Positions 45,058 through 58,368 of a stretch of 64,000 nt of DNA are shown piece by piece. Below the pieces are notes generated by a model. The model was not told the origin of the DNA, did not search any database, and saw nothing but the letters and a program-made list of their open reading frames with translations. The stretch is from Emiliania huxleyi CCMP1516 (lineage: Eukaryota): NCBI RefSeq assembly GCF_000372725.1, contig NW_005201392.1, forward strand, positions 537,660 to 601,659, given 5' to 3'. Every line of letters begins with the position of its first letter. Within the stretch, counting starts at the first letter, position 1. A program made the position numbers and the translations under genes.

Positions 45058-45744
45058 GAAATCACGGTTGACGGATCGGGGAGAGCGTAACGACTCTTCG
45101 ACGGCGGCCGCGCTAGAAGCCTCCGCTCTCGCGTTCTTGAGTCTGCGTCTGTACTCGACCTTCTCGGCCCTGCGGTCACGGCCCCGATCGCCCCTATCAT
45201 CCGGATTGGCGCGTCTATACACGGCCTCAGCGCGTGCCTGCGCCGCGGATCGCTCCCTTTTCGGCATGTCGTTGCATGTCCAGAACCCAGTGTCGAGAGC
45301 CAAGGCGCGAGTGGTGACACGCCCGCAACCTTTGAGCACCTGCGTCCCCCACCAGACATAAATCGTCCCCCACCAGACATCGAAGTCAAATGTCAAAGAC
45401 ACCTCTAGGGACACAGCTGGGGGGAGGCGGGGGCCCCCGGAGGCACCGTGCGCCGCGCCGCAGTTGCGCAAAGGTACTTTAAGTAAGTTAGCGATAGCGG
45501 TCACGCCGTAGCTCGCGCATATAGAAGCAGGAAGCTAGGCAGAGGCCGCATCGCGTTCGCTGTATACGTTTTACCCAAAAACAACCGTAAAAACATCCGA
45601 AACACGAGTCTCCAAAAACCAAAAAGGGATGAAATCCCTTATGGAAGATTATGGATATAATCGCCAAATTATCTCAGGAACATAGTGTGAATGCCCGGGA
45701 ACAGCCACTCCTGGCCCGAGTGCGGGGCGCGAGGGACAAACAAA

Positions 45745-46729
45745 CTAGAAGCCGAGCGCGCCGGAGCCAGCCGCCTCATAGCTGGAGCCTCCCTCTATGC
45801 TGGCGAGGAGGCCGGCGCCGCGTTCCTTGACGCCGAACCGTTGCGCCGCCCAGCAGCAGCCTCCCACCGAGCAAAGCAGCACGAGGAGCATCACGCCGCC
45901 GCCGCCTGCGAGGCGCGGTGGTGGACTCGCATCGAGGCCGGTGGCGCGGCGCGGGTCGGGGAGAGCGAGGAGGAGGTTTGCGGCTCACTGGCCGTGGTGC
46001 TAGCCCCCCCCCCCCCCCCCACCCACCCCCCACCCCGGGCCACCCACCACCACCCCCCCGGATGTGCGAAGCTGGCAGCGAGACAGTCTCCTCACCTGAG
46101 GATGCTGCCGCCGCCCCCTCCTCGTCCGCGACCGGGTCGTCGAGGAGCGGCACGCCGGGCTCCCTCCCCAGCAGGACGGTATACACCGCGGCCGCGGCGT
46201 CGCCGCGCAGCAGGGCCACCTCGCAGGCGCTACTCGCAGTCTCGCCCGGCAGAGGGAGCGCAAAGCGCGGGACGCCGGTGTCGAGCGCGGGCGGGATCGG
46301 AGGCGCCTCGGGAGCGAGCCGGTCCCAGCAGGTGACCTGCAGCCGGCAATCCGCGCCGCTCTCCGCCAGCAGCATCGGCTGCGAGGTGTGCACCGTCGCC
46401 GCATACCGGCGCTTTGCCGCGTCAAAGGGCGGCTGGAGATCGGTGCCGGAGACGCTCAGGCCACGGAGGGCGCAGTCAGAGGCTTGGACCGGCGGCGGTG
46501 CGGCCGATGGCGGCGCATCGCCGCCCTCGCCCGGGCGCGAGCACGCAGCGCATACGGCGCCGAGCCCACCCGACGCGTTGGCCACTGTGCCCCAGGCCTG
46601 GCACTGTGCTGGAGACAGGAGAATCTGGGGCGGCGAGCGGCTGTCTCGCACGGGCTCGTCGGCGGCGGCGGCGAGCTCCGGGAGGGCTGCGAAGGTGAGG
46701 CAGAGCAGGAGAGGAGGCATGGAAGGCAT
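45745..46729 (-). CDS. Type I membrane protein with a cadherin-like beta-sandwich domain
   Basis: Signal-like MPSMPPLLLCLTFAALPELAAA; ALRGLSVSGTDLQPPFDAAKRRYAATV...VYTVLLGR resembles the cadherin-like beta-sandwich pattern; last exon has TM-like VMLLVLLCSVGGCCW. Confidence 0.6.
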
Positions 46730-47182
46730 TGGACGAGCGGGAGGCTGCCCGGCGCCGAAGTTCACAGCCTTGTTATGAGACTTCTGTGGGACTCTCGGCG
46801 GTACCCGTCTCTGTTCTTCGGGCAGTGAGAGACGCAGGATCTGCACGCCAAAGTGGGCCACTCCGCATTTGCATTTTGGTTTTGGGTTGTCGGAGATCAT
46901 CCATCAGCACTCATGTCTCATCAGTCAGTCACGTCAGTCAAAGCACGTGGAGCAGTCGCTGCATGCAACGGCGCCGCCACACGCTCCGGACGACCCCGAC
47001 ACACCGACACACCACGCACAATGGGAGGCTATCGCGCACGATCGGGCATCGCGCCGCAAACAACTCGCCGCACAGATGGGGGGGAGGCAGAATCCCACAC
47101 ACACCGGAGCAGCACAGACACCTTACACGTCAGCGCTCGCTCGATGTGGCCGGCGCTCTCCCCTCGGTCCTATCTCGCCTTT

Positions 47183-47953
47183 TCAACGGCGGCGTGCGGC
47201 CACGCGCCGCGCCGAGCCGGTCTCGGCGGGAGACCTCGGAGCCGCACGCGATGCGGGCATGCGCGATGGCTCCGTTGGCTCCGTGCCTAAGGCAGATAGA
47301 TTAGGGTGTGAGCTGCGGCAGCCAGTCGGAGGCCGCGATGGATGGCCCAGGGCCGGCGGCGGTGAAGGCGTCCGTCGATGAAGGGATGTCGTCGAGGGAG
47401 CCATCGTCCTCCGCGGCTGGTGCACCGGTCCAGTTGTCGGAGTTCGAGATCGCAGTCGCCCGTTGACGAACTCACGGAATGTGAGCGACTTGGTGCACGC
47501 TGGGTCGAGCATCATGACTCGCACCTCATCCTGGGCGAGGAACTCGCCCAGGGACCAGCTGTTGGCGTCGCCGTTTTGATCGAGCTGCATCCACTGCATG
47601 GTTTCGTAGTCAAGCGTAAACACCCAGGAGTTGGTGCCTGGGTGACTTGCTGATGAGAGCGCCTTCCAGGCGGGTAGTCGTGCCCCTCACCTACGGTCAT
47701 ACGGCGGCGTCAGAGGGGGGAAGGGGCGCGAAGCGTGAACATGGAGGCAAGCAGGTGGTGGCTGCACCTGGCCAAAGCCGGCGACCTCAAAGTTGTCGTA
47801 GCTTGTGCGGATATCGCTGAGCGTGAGAGGGACCGGATCGGCAGCAGCATGGGCGGCCGCGTCAGCGGCCGGAGAGGCCGGAGAGCCATCCGACGGAGGC
47901 CGGTCGTGCATCGGCGCGTCAGCCGCAGGGGCCAGGGGGGCGGCGGCATCCAT
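47183..47953 (-). CDS. Hypothetical protein, spliced
   Basis: MDAAAPLAP...FEVAGFGQ, putative intron, then ...FTLDYETMQWMQLDQNGDANSWSLGEFLAQDEV has globular-protein composition; 3' end uncertain. Confidence 0.45.
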
Positions 47954-49862
47954 CGCTGCGGGTCGCTGCGGGCCGACGATTGTGGACTGATCGATCGTGG
48001 CGGGCGGATTTCGGCTGCTACATTCTACGGCGCCGACACGAGAGAGTTATAAGGGTAGAAGAAAATACGTCGGATGGCGCTATGCATTGGTGTGTGGCAG
48101 CCACGCTGGCTGTGTGTCTTGTGAGCTTGTTTTGTGTCTGTGTGTCGCTCGTGCGTGTCGTCATCATCTGTCCCGCGAAGGGTTGGCAAACAGGGCCATT
48201 TTTGCCACATTTTGCCCTCTCGCGCGATCTTCTCGCGTCGGCAAGCGCGCCGGCCAGGATGGGCGAGCCGGTCCCGCCACGCTGGACAGGCCAGCGGCTG
48301 GCACGCGCCGGCCACCCCGGCGGCGCGGCGGCCTCATCGCGCTCGTCGTCTGCGAGGCCACCGCTCGGCGTCGCCGCGTCCGACGGCGATGGCGCTTGGC
48401 TGTGACGTGGGATGGCGGCATGGTGCGCGCGGACGTGGGGGTGGTGCGGGATGCGCGTGCCAGCAAGCATAGTTTCACCTCAACCCACCCCGCAGGCGCG
48501 CCGACGTGTTGCCCGAGCGCGTTTGGAGGCAGCAGCAGCTCCTCGCGAGGCGCCTTCGGAGGGGTGCCACACCCCTTTCCCAGCCGCGCGCGAGTTGAGC
48601 TCCGATTTGCGCTCTTTTTCGCACACGCCCGACGCTTCCTAGTAGGTGAGGATCGACCATCCTCCGCTAGCAGGGCTTCGTCGGGCGCGTCTTCGTCGAG
48701 CGGTGGTGCATCTCCCATGCTCCCACCCGCGCCCTCCTGGCAGCCCGCCCGCGGCCCACACCGACGCCCTCACGTGCTCACCCTAGTCGTAGGTGCGGTT
48801 TTTTTGCGTGCCCCCCGTCGATACGGGGCGCTGGGCGATGGCTGGGCTTGTCGCCGGGCGAGCTAGCCCCTCAGCCGGCCGCGGAGCGGAGGTGCGAAAT
48901 CGAGGCGGCGCGGCCCCTGCGCGCAGCCTGTCCGGCCGGCGCGCGCATGGTTCCGTAGCCCGTCTAGTGCCTCACTGACCGACTCCAGCGCCACGGTGTA
49001 CGTGGCCGGTGTGGTACTGGGGCTGGGCAGCCTTGGGGCCGGCGGAGACCGCCGTCTAGCGGTCGCACTAGTCTCTTTTCGTTGTTTGACCTGTTTGTTT
49101 GACAGTTGTTTGACCATACTTTGAGCCTTAATTATTAATTCGTGTTTGGGTCTCTGAGGTCGATACTAGCGTCTGTAACTTGCCACAAGTATGCTTTACA
49201 AAAGTCCTGCGGAGCGGGAGTCGCAGAACCGCCGTCCGCGCGCGCTGTGAACAGCGCCGTGGTCAAACACTGTTCAACGTCGTTGAGAACACGCGTAGCG
49301 AAAGAGAGACCGTCTACCTACCTACCTACCGTTGGTCTGTGAGAGGTTAAGGTGCGAGCCCTGGAGGCCCTGGGGATGGGGGGAGACTACCCGCGGGCCT
49401 AGAAGGCCCGCGCATCGCACAACCCCGGGCCCGAAATCGCACAAGTTCACCCTTGGGGACCCGCTGTGTGCGGGGTGGGGCGGTGGGCCTCTGCCCAGGG
49501 ACGACGGCAAGAAGCCCAAGGGTGAAGCGCCGAAGAAAGTATCGTGCGCCGCCGTGTGTGCTGGCGTCCCGGCTACCTTGGGTTTTCACGTAAGGCCGAC
49601 TGCACGCTCAAGCCTAAAGGCTACACGCTCGCACACCACTTGCTGAGTGGCTCTCCCCCCATGACTCGCACCAAAACGCCCTACCTACCTACCTATTGCG
49701 GGCGCCAATCGCCAGGCTCCGTGCCCCACCTCCAACCAATTCAGGCCGAAGCGAAAAAAAAAACCGGCCCCGCCTTCGCCGGCTGCCGTCCCGGGCGCCG
49801 CCGCCGCGGGCGCCGCCGCCGCACCCGTCTCGGCTGGCGTCCCAGCCGCAGGCGACACGAAA

Positions 49863-52384
49863 ATGGCAAGCATGGACGCGAAAGACGATCCGAGCCACGC
49901 CAAGCCTGCACTTCCCCTCCTCCTCGCGCCCGCCGCGCTCTACCTCTTCTCGGTCTCGCTCCTGTTTCCCATCTTTCCGTCGCTCCTGAAGTTCGCTCTG
50001 CCCGCTGGAGTGCCCGAGCGTGGCGCGGAGACCACCGCGCTGTACGGCTTGCTGCAGCAGATTAAGGCCGTCCTCGACCTCTTTACGCTGCCAGTGCTCG
50101 GCAGGGTCAGCGACTATGTCGGCCGCAAGCCGGTGACGCTCTGGTGTCTCGTGCTCGCCCTGCTGCAGCTGCTGCTCATCACGCCGCCCTCACGAACGGG
50201 CGCCGCGCCCGAGACGTACCACGCCTGCCTCGTCGCCTCGCGCGTGCTCGGCGGCATGAGCGACGGCGTGCTCGTGCTGCTGTTTGCCTCCCTGACAGAC
50301 GTGGCGGACGGCGCGGCGCTGCCGGTCCTCTTCGGGAGGGTGGGACTCGTGTTTGGCTGCGCGTTCACGCTGGGCCCGCTCACCGCCGCCCTCCTCCTCG
50401 CCCGGTCGGGCGAGGTCGCCGTCCTCCTCCTCTCCGCCTGCTGCACCCTCCTCGCGCTCCTGCTCTACGCGGGCACGAGGAGACAGCCGCTAAACCTCCG
50501 CCACGAGCCTCACAGAGGCTCTTCTCGGAACCTGCTCGGAGCCTCGTGGATGTGTAGGACGGAGACCCTCCTCGCCGCGCGACGCTCGCGCCTGCCCACG
50601 TCGCTGACGGCGCAGTTTCTCCTCTACTTCTCTCCCGTCTACCAGTTGCAGCAGGTCTGCAGCACTCTTGAACACACGGAGCGCTCGTTCGACACCACAC
50701 ACACACAGGCGCGGGGCCGCGCGGGACTGGCGCACACCGTCTCGCACAACGTACAGGGCGCGCAGACCGAACCAAAGCCGCCGCTGAGTCACCTCCCGAC
50801 CCTCCGAGGGAATCGCAGCGAGAAGACACGGACCCACGCCCACACCAGGTCTGAGCCAGCCCGCCCCTGCGGGGGTACTAACAAGAAGACTGTGATGACG
50901 AACGATGATCACGAAGAATGATGACAATGACAGGTCTGGGCCAACCCGCTGCTCCGCGAGTACCTCTTCGCTTTTCTGCTCCACGAGGCTGCCGAACACT
51001 TCTGCCGCACCTCGGCCAGCCTTCGGCTTTGGCCGCACCTCGGCCGCACCTTCGTTGCACCTCGACCTCGGCTGCACCTCGGCCGCACCTCGGCCGCACC
51101 TCGGCCGCACCTCGGCCGCACCTCGGCTGCACCTCGGCTGCACCTCGGCTGCACCTCGGCCGCACCTCGGCTGCACCTCGGCCGCACCTCGGCTGCACCT
51201 CGGCCGCACCTCGGCTGCACCTCGGCTGCACCTCGGCTGCACCTCGGCTGCACCTCGGCCGCACCTCGGCTGCAAGGTGTCGACTGCCGTCTACCTCTCG
51301 TGGATCCTCTACCTGCAGTGGCGCTTCCTCTGGTCCGCCGCCAGAGTAGGCGTCATCCTCTAGAAGGGGAAGACCATGGAATCCTATTCTTGTGTCCCGA
51401 CCAGCGCTCGAGAGGACACGACACATGTACATGTTCAACTGCATTCCGCCGATTCCGCTGTATCCGCTGTATTCGTACCCCTCGTATTCACGCGGTGCTC
51501 TCTGAATACGCTGCAACGACACCGTCTTCCCGCCCTGAGGTTGGCGGATTCAGCACGCAGGCATCTTCCTCTCCGCCATCGGCGTCGTGGTGGGAGTGAC
51601 GCAGGGGCTGCTGCTGCGGCCGACGAGCGCCGCGCTGCAGCGGTGGGTCGGCGAGACGTACGAGCGAGCGGTCGTCGGCACCGCTCTGGCCGCGAACGCG
51701 CTCCACTTCGCGCTCCTCGCCTTTGTGTCGAGCGGGACGGCGTGGTTCCTGCTGCTGCCGCTGAGCGGCCTCGCCTCCTTCGCGGCGCCGGTGCTGCGCG
51801 GCATCGTGATGCGCACGCAGCCTGTCGGCCGGCGAGGGGGGCGCCGAGCGCGCCGCTCTCGGCTGGCTCGGCGCGACTCAGCCCCCTTTTGCGAACCACG
51901 ACGTAGGTTCGGGAGCGTCAACGCCATGTTCTCTACGTGCGCTGTGCTTGCGCGCGTCTTTGGGAGCGCCTCTCCTTCTCCTTCCTGGAGGCGCGGCGCG
52001 CCACGGTGAGCGGCGGATCTTCACGGCCGCAAGTGTGTGAACAGGAGCGCCGTCTTCCCGTGGATCCTCGCGCGCTCGCAGGAGGGCGCCGTCTTCCCGG
52101 GCGCGCTCAACTTGGCCGCGAGTGCGGTCATGCTGTGCTGCCTCGCCGCCGCGGTCAGGGCGACGGCGCTCTTCCCGCCGCACCTCCTGCGGCCGCCCTC
52201 GAGAGAGAGTGTTGTGTTGTCGCCCTCGCAGAGCGACGGCGAGGAGCTCGTCGGCGTGCGCACGGGCGTCGACGGGGGAGAGTCCTCCTCCGCCAGGGAG
52301 CATGCCTCCTCCCCAGGGCCGGATCCCTTTGCCGGGGGCGCGGGAGTGCGGCGGCTACGGACGGACCGGACGAGCCCGGTGTAG
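49863..52384 (+). CDS. MFS transporter (TetA/DHA1/MFSD14-like), multi-exon
   Basis: MFS motif A PVLGRVSDYVGRKPV, SRVLGG, FASLTDV, FGCAFTLGP; about 12 TM helices across exons; stop at 52382-52384. Confidence 0.9.
51005..51272. repeat. 11-nt tandem repeat (GCACCTCGGCY)n in an MFS intron
   Basis: About 20 visible copies. Confidence 0.95.
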
Positions 52385-52787
52385 TGACGCAGTGTGTACA
52401 GCTAAAATAAATAGATAAAGAACGCGGACACACCTCACGCGTAGCGGCGTCAGACAGGATGGCTTTTCCCGAAGTTCGCAACCCGCGAAGGCGGCCGCGT
52501 CCGTTGAGAACGTTGTCTTGAACTCTTGGAGACGCCGCGTTGACGTGAGCAACGCGACGGCCGCTGAGCGCTGTGACGAGAGCCTAATAAATAAATAAAT
52601 ACAACGGACATCACAAGCTAGGGCTGGGTCGAGGACAGACACGTCCCCACCTTTGCAGGATTTTGCAAAAGCGAGGGGGGAGGGCGCATCGCCGCGCGGA
52701 GAGGGCTGGGCACAGGGCACAGGGGATCTCTCTCGACGAGAGCCTAGCGCGCACCTCAGGTTGAATTTTCTTTTTTAGCGCTATGGA

Positions 52788-53890
52788 ATGGCGTCTGCCA
52801 TATTGCTCATCACCGCGAGCGCGCGCCTCCTGGCCATCCGGGGCGGTGCGGACATAAACTACCCTATCCCTCCCAACCCGTTTGCGCCCAGCGACGCGAC
52901 GCCGCCGCCAGCGGAGGCTCCACTGGCGCCGGCGCCAAAGGATAGCGGTGCGACCGCCGAGCAACCGGGCGACTGGCCTCCCTCCGCCGACGGTGCGGCG
53001 GCGCAGCCCGTCGCCGCCGCCGCCGCCGCCGCGCCGCCGCCGCCGCCGCGGGCCAAACGCTTGCGCTGGCAGCCGGCGCTGTGCGTGGGCGTGATCGGGG
53101 CGGCGTGTCGGCTGAGCCGGCCCGCCGACACCGCCCTGCTCGCCGCGCTCGACGCCTTCCACCAGGGCGGCGCCGGCGCCTCGCTCGCGGCCGGCGCGCG
53201 CGATGCGGCAGCGGAGGTGTCAGCCGGCCCTCTCTTCCACCACGCCGTGCACTCCGGCGTGCTGTGGGTCGGTTTGCTGGGGCAGTGGCTGCCGCTCGCG
53301 CCGCTCAGCCTCGCGCTGCTCCGCCCGTGGGCGTCGGCCCTCTCCGCCGCCCAGATCCTCTCGTACGGCTGCCTGTTCGGCTACCTGATGCGCCGCATCT
53401 TGCCTGGCAACCGCCATACGCAGAGAAGACACCCAGACAAGACATTCGGACCGCTCACGGACAGTGCCGCGGGCCCCACACGACACGTCACACGACACGT
53501 GGCGTAGCGCAAGCCGCTCACAGAAGAGCCCTTAGCCTCGTCCCGCCTGCCTCCGGCCCGCCTTCTTTCGCCTCTCTGCAGAGACCCACCCGCACCGCAC
53601 GCCCTGTCCTCACAAGGGACCCGGCCCGGGCCTCTGCCCCTCCTCCACGCCCTCCCCCACCCCACCCACCCCTACACACTCCTCCACACACACTCCCTCC
53701 ACCCCCTCCTCCACACGCGCCGCTCGTCACAGTGCGCGCGCGCGCCTCCCCCCCCAAAGGCGCCGATGGCCACCTCGGAGCCTCCTTTGCCAATGCCGCG
53801 CGGCGCGGCCGCATCTGGAGCCTCGCCGCCGCCGCCTTCTCGCCCGCCGGCGTCGTGCATTGGGCCGACGCGGCGGTGAGGCCCCTCTAG
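52788..53890 (+). CDS. Hypothetical membrane protein, possibly rhomboid-like (partial model)
   Basis: Signal-like N-terminus, TM-like QILSYGCLFGYLM, and exon HLGASFANAARRGRIWSLAAAAFSP resembling the rhomboid GRxWTLxTSxFSH segment. No catalytic GxSG seen. Confidence 0.35.
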
Positions 53891-53924
53891 ATGCGGACGG
53901 CACTGTCCTCCTCTCCCCTGCACC

Positions 53925-54170
<246 letters not shown>

Positions 54171-54487
54171 CACCACCTCAGTGGGCTGTGCCAGCCGCGC
54201 ACGGGGAGCAGGTACTCCGTACTCGCTCTGAAGCCGAGATAGGGGGAGTTTTTTTTGTTGCCACTTTCTTTTTCGGCATGACTTTGACATTTCTTTCGGG
54301 TGGAGCGCCCGGGGCGAGAGACGCGTCAGGTACAGAGCAGCTCCGGCTCTCAGGTTTTAGTCGCAGCTCTTCGCCCGGACGAACCGTTTTTTCTGTTTGG
54401 CTGCTGTTCACAGGAGGGCTCGAACCACCGCCTCCTCCTCCTCCGCCTCCTCCTCCTCCTCCGCCTCCTGCTCGTACACGCGCGTTC

Positions 54488-57400
54488 CCTACCACCAAAA
54501 CGCACACAGCACGGGTTCGTCCGAGACGAGCCGAGATGCGCCGAGGCTGCCGAGGCGCCAGCGCGTCGCCTCAAGCACGAGCCACAGGACCTGTGCTCAC
54601 AGCTCTTCCCGTGAGACGCTGTTCACGAGCTTGGGGGACGCGAGGCCGGCGCCACGCCACCGACACGGCCGACAGGAGCACGTAAGGCGGCGGCGGCGGT
54701 GGCGGAGGCGGCGGCGGGAGCGGGCGAGGGGGCGGCACGGGAGACGGTGGCGCAGAAGGCGAGGAGTCGGGGCGGTGGATGGCGGTGCAGTGGTACTCGG
54801 ACGCCTGTGTACAAGCCAGGGGGTGTGAAGGCACGCCCTGCACGATATGGAATAGATATAGGCTTTATTGCTCGGCCACCACGGCAGCGGTCCCCGAGAC
54901 GCGCTGGCCCGAGCGCGTCCAGTAGCGCACGCAGCGAGGGCGGCCCGCCTCCTTGCAGCCGTCGTGCGCCGTCTTTGGTGCCTCCGCCCACGCCACGGCC
55001 ACGCATGCCGGCTCGCCCTGGGAGGCGAACGCGCCTACTAGGTACACGGTGAGGTACACTTCTCCACGCACACAAAGGTGAAGAGATCTCAGAGATCTCT
55101 CTCTCACAAGGTGTGGTGGGGCGAGGGGGGGCCGACCCTCGCGACGCCACGTCTAAAGACAGGTGAGCCGTGCTGGGATGTATCTAAGACGGTGTGACTG
55201 ACGGGCCGTTCTCGTAACACGTGGTCGCGCACGCGGCCGCAGAGGAGCAGTCTGCCCACGACTCGAACCTGCGTGCGAGGGGTCGCGTCTCAACCTGTGA
55301 GCGGAGTGGAGGCGCCGTGCAGGCCGACGGAGTGTCTCTCACGTGTCGTCGGCCTCGCCCGCCTCGCGGCAGTATCCGATGCCTATGTTCATCGATCCAC
55401 AGGCCTTGTTGAGGCGAGCTCTGCACCCGCTCGCGCAAACCTCGTGCGGCAGCAGCGCCGACAGGAAAGGTGGGGAAAGATGGCACCATGGGTGCGTATG
55501 CCGAGGCTCGCGGAGGTTGTGGTGGCGGCGAGGGGGGTGGCGGCGGCGAGCGGGGTGGTGGCGGCGAGGTCGGCGAAGGGAGTGGCGGCGGCGGCGGCGG
55601 AGACGGCTCCGGCGGTGGCAAAGGCGGCAGCGCGTCGGTGTAAGGCGGCGGACGCCAGGGTGGCGGTAGTGGCGAGGGAGGAGTCGAGGGCGAAGGTGGC
55701 GGCAGCTGCGGAGGTGGCGGAGGCGGCGAAAGTGGCGCTGGCGGTCGAGGTGGCGGACGTGGCGGGGGCAGTGGCGGCGGCGTACTACGTAGTGGTGGCG
55801 GCGGCAGCAAGGGTGCCGTCCTAGGTGACGCCGGCGGCGACAGAGGAAGAAGCGCGGGCCCCGGTGCGTGCGTTGGCTGATCGGCGCTGACCTCTACCGC
55901 CACCCAAGCCGCCGCCGTCGTAGCCGCCGCGAAACTCACCGCCTCCGCCCATGCAGCTGCCATCACCTGCGCCCTCTCGCCGGCGGGAGCGATTTCTCTT
56001 TGTTTTTAGGGGTACAGGACGCCGTTCACAACTTCGCCGGCGGTGATGTAGCGCAGAGAACCTGCCCACCTCGCTCGGTGGGGATGCGATCTGGGATGTG
56101 GTTTGGCGCAAGTTTTGGCGCCGACAGACTAGTCTGACAGCCCTCTCCAATCACCCTCGCCCAGGGAGATCTTACCTGCCAGCGATGAACGGACCCGAGA
56201 GGTGAATCTTGAGACTTGTTATCTCTGTAAAGAAAGAAAGGAATAAAAAGAAATCCCTTCTCTTGTACCACCCGGTAGTGAGAGAGCGTGCGTTCGGCGT
56301 ATGGCTTTACTAATGGTAATGCCCATGTGGTTCTAGCTTGAAGGCTTCTACCCACCGTGGTAGTCAAAGAGGCCCTTGGCCCATCTGATCCCCCCAGGGT
56401 CGTCAGGACAGCTTGAGAACCTCTCCGGTGTCCATTGGCAGCAGAAAATTACGATGTGGTCGGCGTTCACGGTGCTCGCCGCGTCAGCCTCCGCATCGAT
56501 AGGCACCGGCGCTGCACACACACCTCCATCGCCGCTCACCTGGATGTAGTATGGATTCGAACTACCGTCAGGGAGCCTTCCCCCAACCGGTGCCCACACG
56601 TTGCCGCTTGGGACGCGAGCCCAGGGGTCTGCCGACCGGCTGCCAGATTTGAACCCCTGGCCGCTATCAAGCGCCGGCGTGGGACTTCCCGTGACGTCAA
56701 ACTGGTAGTCTGGACAGATCACGTCGAGCGTGCACAGCCCGCCCGTTTTACCTCGCGAGTTCGTGGTGTAGCCTTGGCGCTCACAGAAGGCGGCAGCGCT
56801 CGAGTGGCTCGCAAAATTGGATGGGTCGTGATCCTCCTCATAGCGGTAGGCGTTGCCCATGTAGGTGTAGCTAAAGTCCTGAATCTCGAACTCGCGCCTG
56901 CACAGTGTGATGTGGGGTGGGCTGAACATCGGTGCTGGAAGAGAACTTTGGCTCAGATCGAGAGGAGTCCGCGGCTCAAAGTACAGGTCCACGAGCGATA
57001 CTGGTGCTGCGGCGTTGCTGAAGACGTAGAGGTAGGCGAATTTTCCACGTATGTCTTCGCGGTCTGCCCGGATGGCGCAGGAATAGGCGCGTGCTTCTTC
57101 AGCGGGAGGTGGCGCATCGGGGGGACAGCACTGGTCTCCCGCGTACGGGAGGCCGCGCTGGAAGCACGACTGCTGGCAGTACTTGCTGGCTGTCCACTCC
57201 GCCTTGCCGTTGCACTTGATGCCGCCCCAGGTGTCGCACGCCAAGTCGTTGCTGGTCATATACGGGTGTGGGACATCAGAGCACTGAGTGCACTGGAGCG
57301 CGTACACCTCTGAGCTCTGGCAGAGGAGCTGCCGCTGGCGGTCCACCGGCTGCCCCCACGTTGCCTTGGCGTCCATCATCGGCATGTCGGCGCGGTACAG

Positions 57401-58250
57401 GGTGACGGTGGATTCAGAGTTGTGCGGGCCCAACCAAACAAATTTCATCCTGCGCGCGGTGGCAGGCAACCGGAACGTGGCGCTCCTTGCCGGCAGGCGA
57501 ATGGGCCCGTGCTGCGTCGAGTCTCCGGGTTTTAGGGTGAGAATGCTCACCTCAGCAACCTTCGTCACAGAGTTTGAGCGCGATGTGCAGACCCAACCGC
57601 GGGGGCACGCCCCTGCCGTGTCGAGGTGGAATATGTTGTTTCCAACCGTCGCTTTCGAAACCACGCGAGCGCAGCAGCTGCTGTACTCTGGGTAGCCTGC
57701 TCCTTGCTCATAGCACGTCTGTTGACAGCTCCGGTTGATGTAAAAAGTCGAGCCCGCCTTTACGCACATGGAACGGGTCCCGCGCCAGGTTGCACATTCG
57801 TGCTGATTGCGATGCATCCACGCAGTCCGTGAGTCTGAGCACCAAGTGCACGAGCCAGCCGTGGAGATACTCGGCGGCGCGGAGGGCGCTGGCGATGGAC
57901 CCGGGCAGCAGACGCCTCCAGGGTAGGCGACGCCGGCGCGGAAGCACGACCGCCGGCAAAACCTCTGTAGATGAAACCACCCGGCGCTGTCACCACACAA
58001 AGTTGGGAGGTATTTCCACGTTTCACAATACAGGCTGTTCTGGATCATGTACGGAGATCTCTCATCATTGCAAGTGATGCAACCAGCCTCGCGCGAGGGC
58101 TGTGGTGGTGAGGGGTTCGGCGACAAGACCTGCGGAGTGCGCGCCAGGACGGCGACAGCTGTCATCGGCGCTTTTCGCCAGGACAGATCGCCCGCTTTTC
58201 AAGGAACAGATGTGCTTCGCCCCGGCCAGGACGGCGACAGCTGGCATCGG
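54488..58250 (-). CDS. Large Cys-rich / Pro-rich cell-surface protein, multi-exon, with probable C-terminal TM segment
   Basis: 605-aa ORF 56348..58165 with three CxxCxD...M..N...CxTW...C..SCF/TCY..G..Y....CC repeats and a lectin-like HSSAAAFCE...LCTLDVICP...WAPV...IFCC module. SPPP stalk at 55500-55950; terminal exons YVLLSAVSV / VLWLVLEATRWR. Ends approximate. Confidence 0.62.
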
Positions 58251-58368
58251 CGAGTCTCTCGACGATTACTGGGCCCTGTTTGAGAGATGTTTGTTGATCC
58301 GTCGCCGCGCCGGCGCTGTCGGTTGTCCAGGGACGTAAGTTCTTCTCTCTCTCCAGCGTATGTGTGTA

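Noticed and set aside
51005..51272. CRISPR-like array
   Set aside because: Head-to-tail 11-mers with no unique spacers and no cas genes, in a eukaryotic intron.
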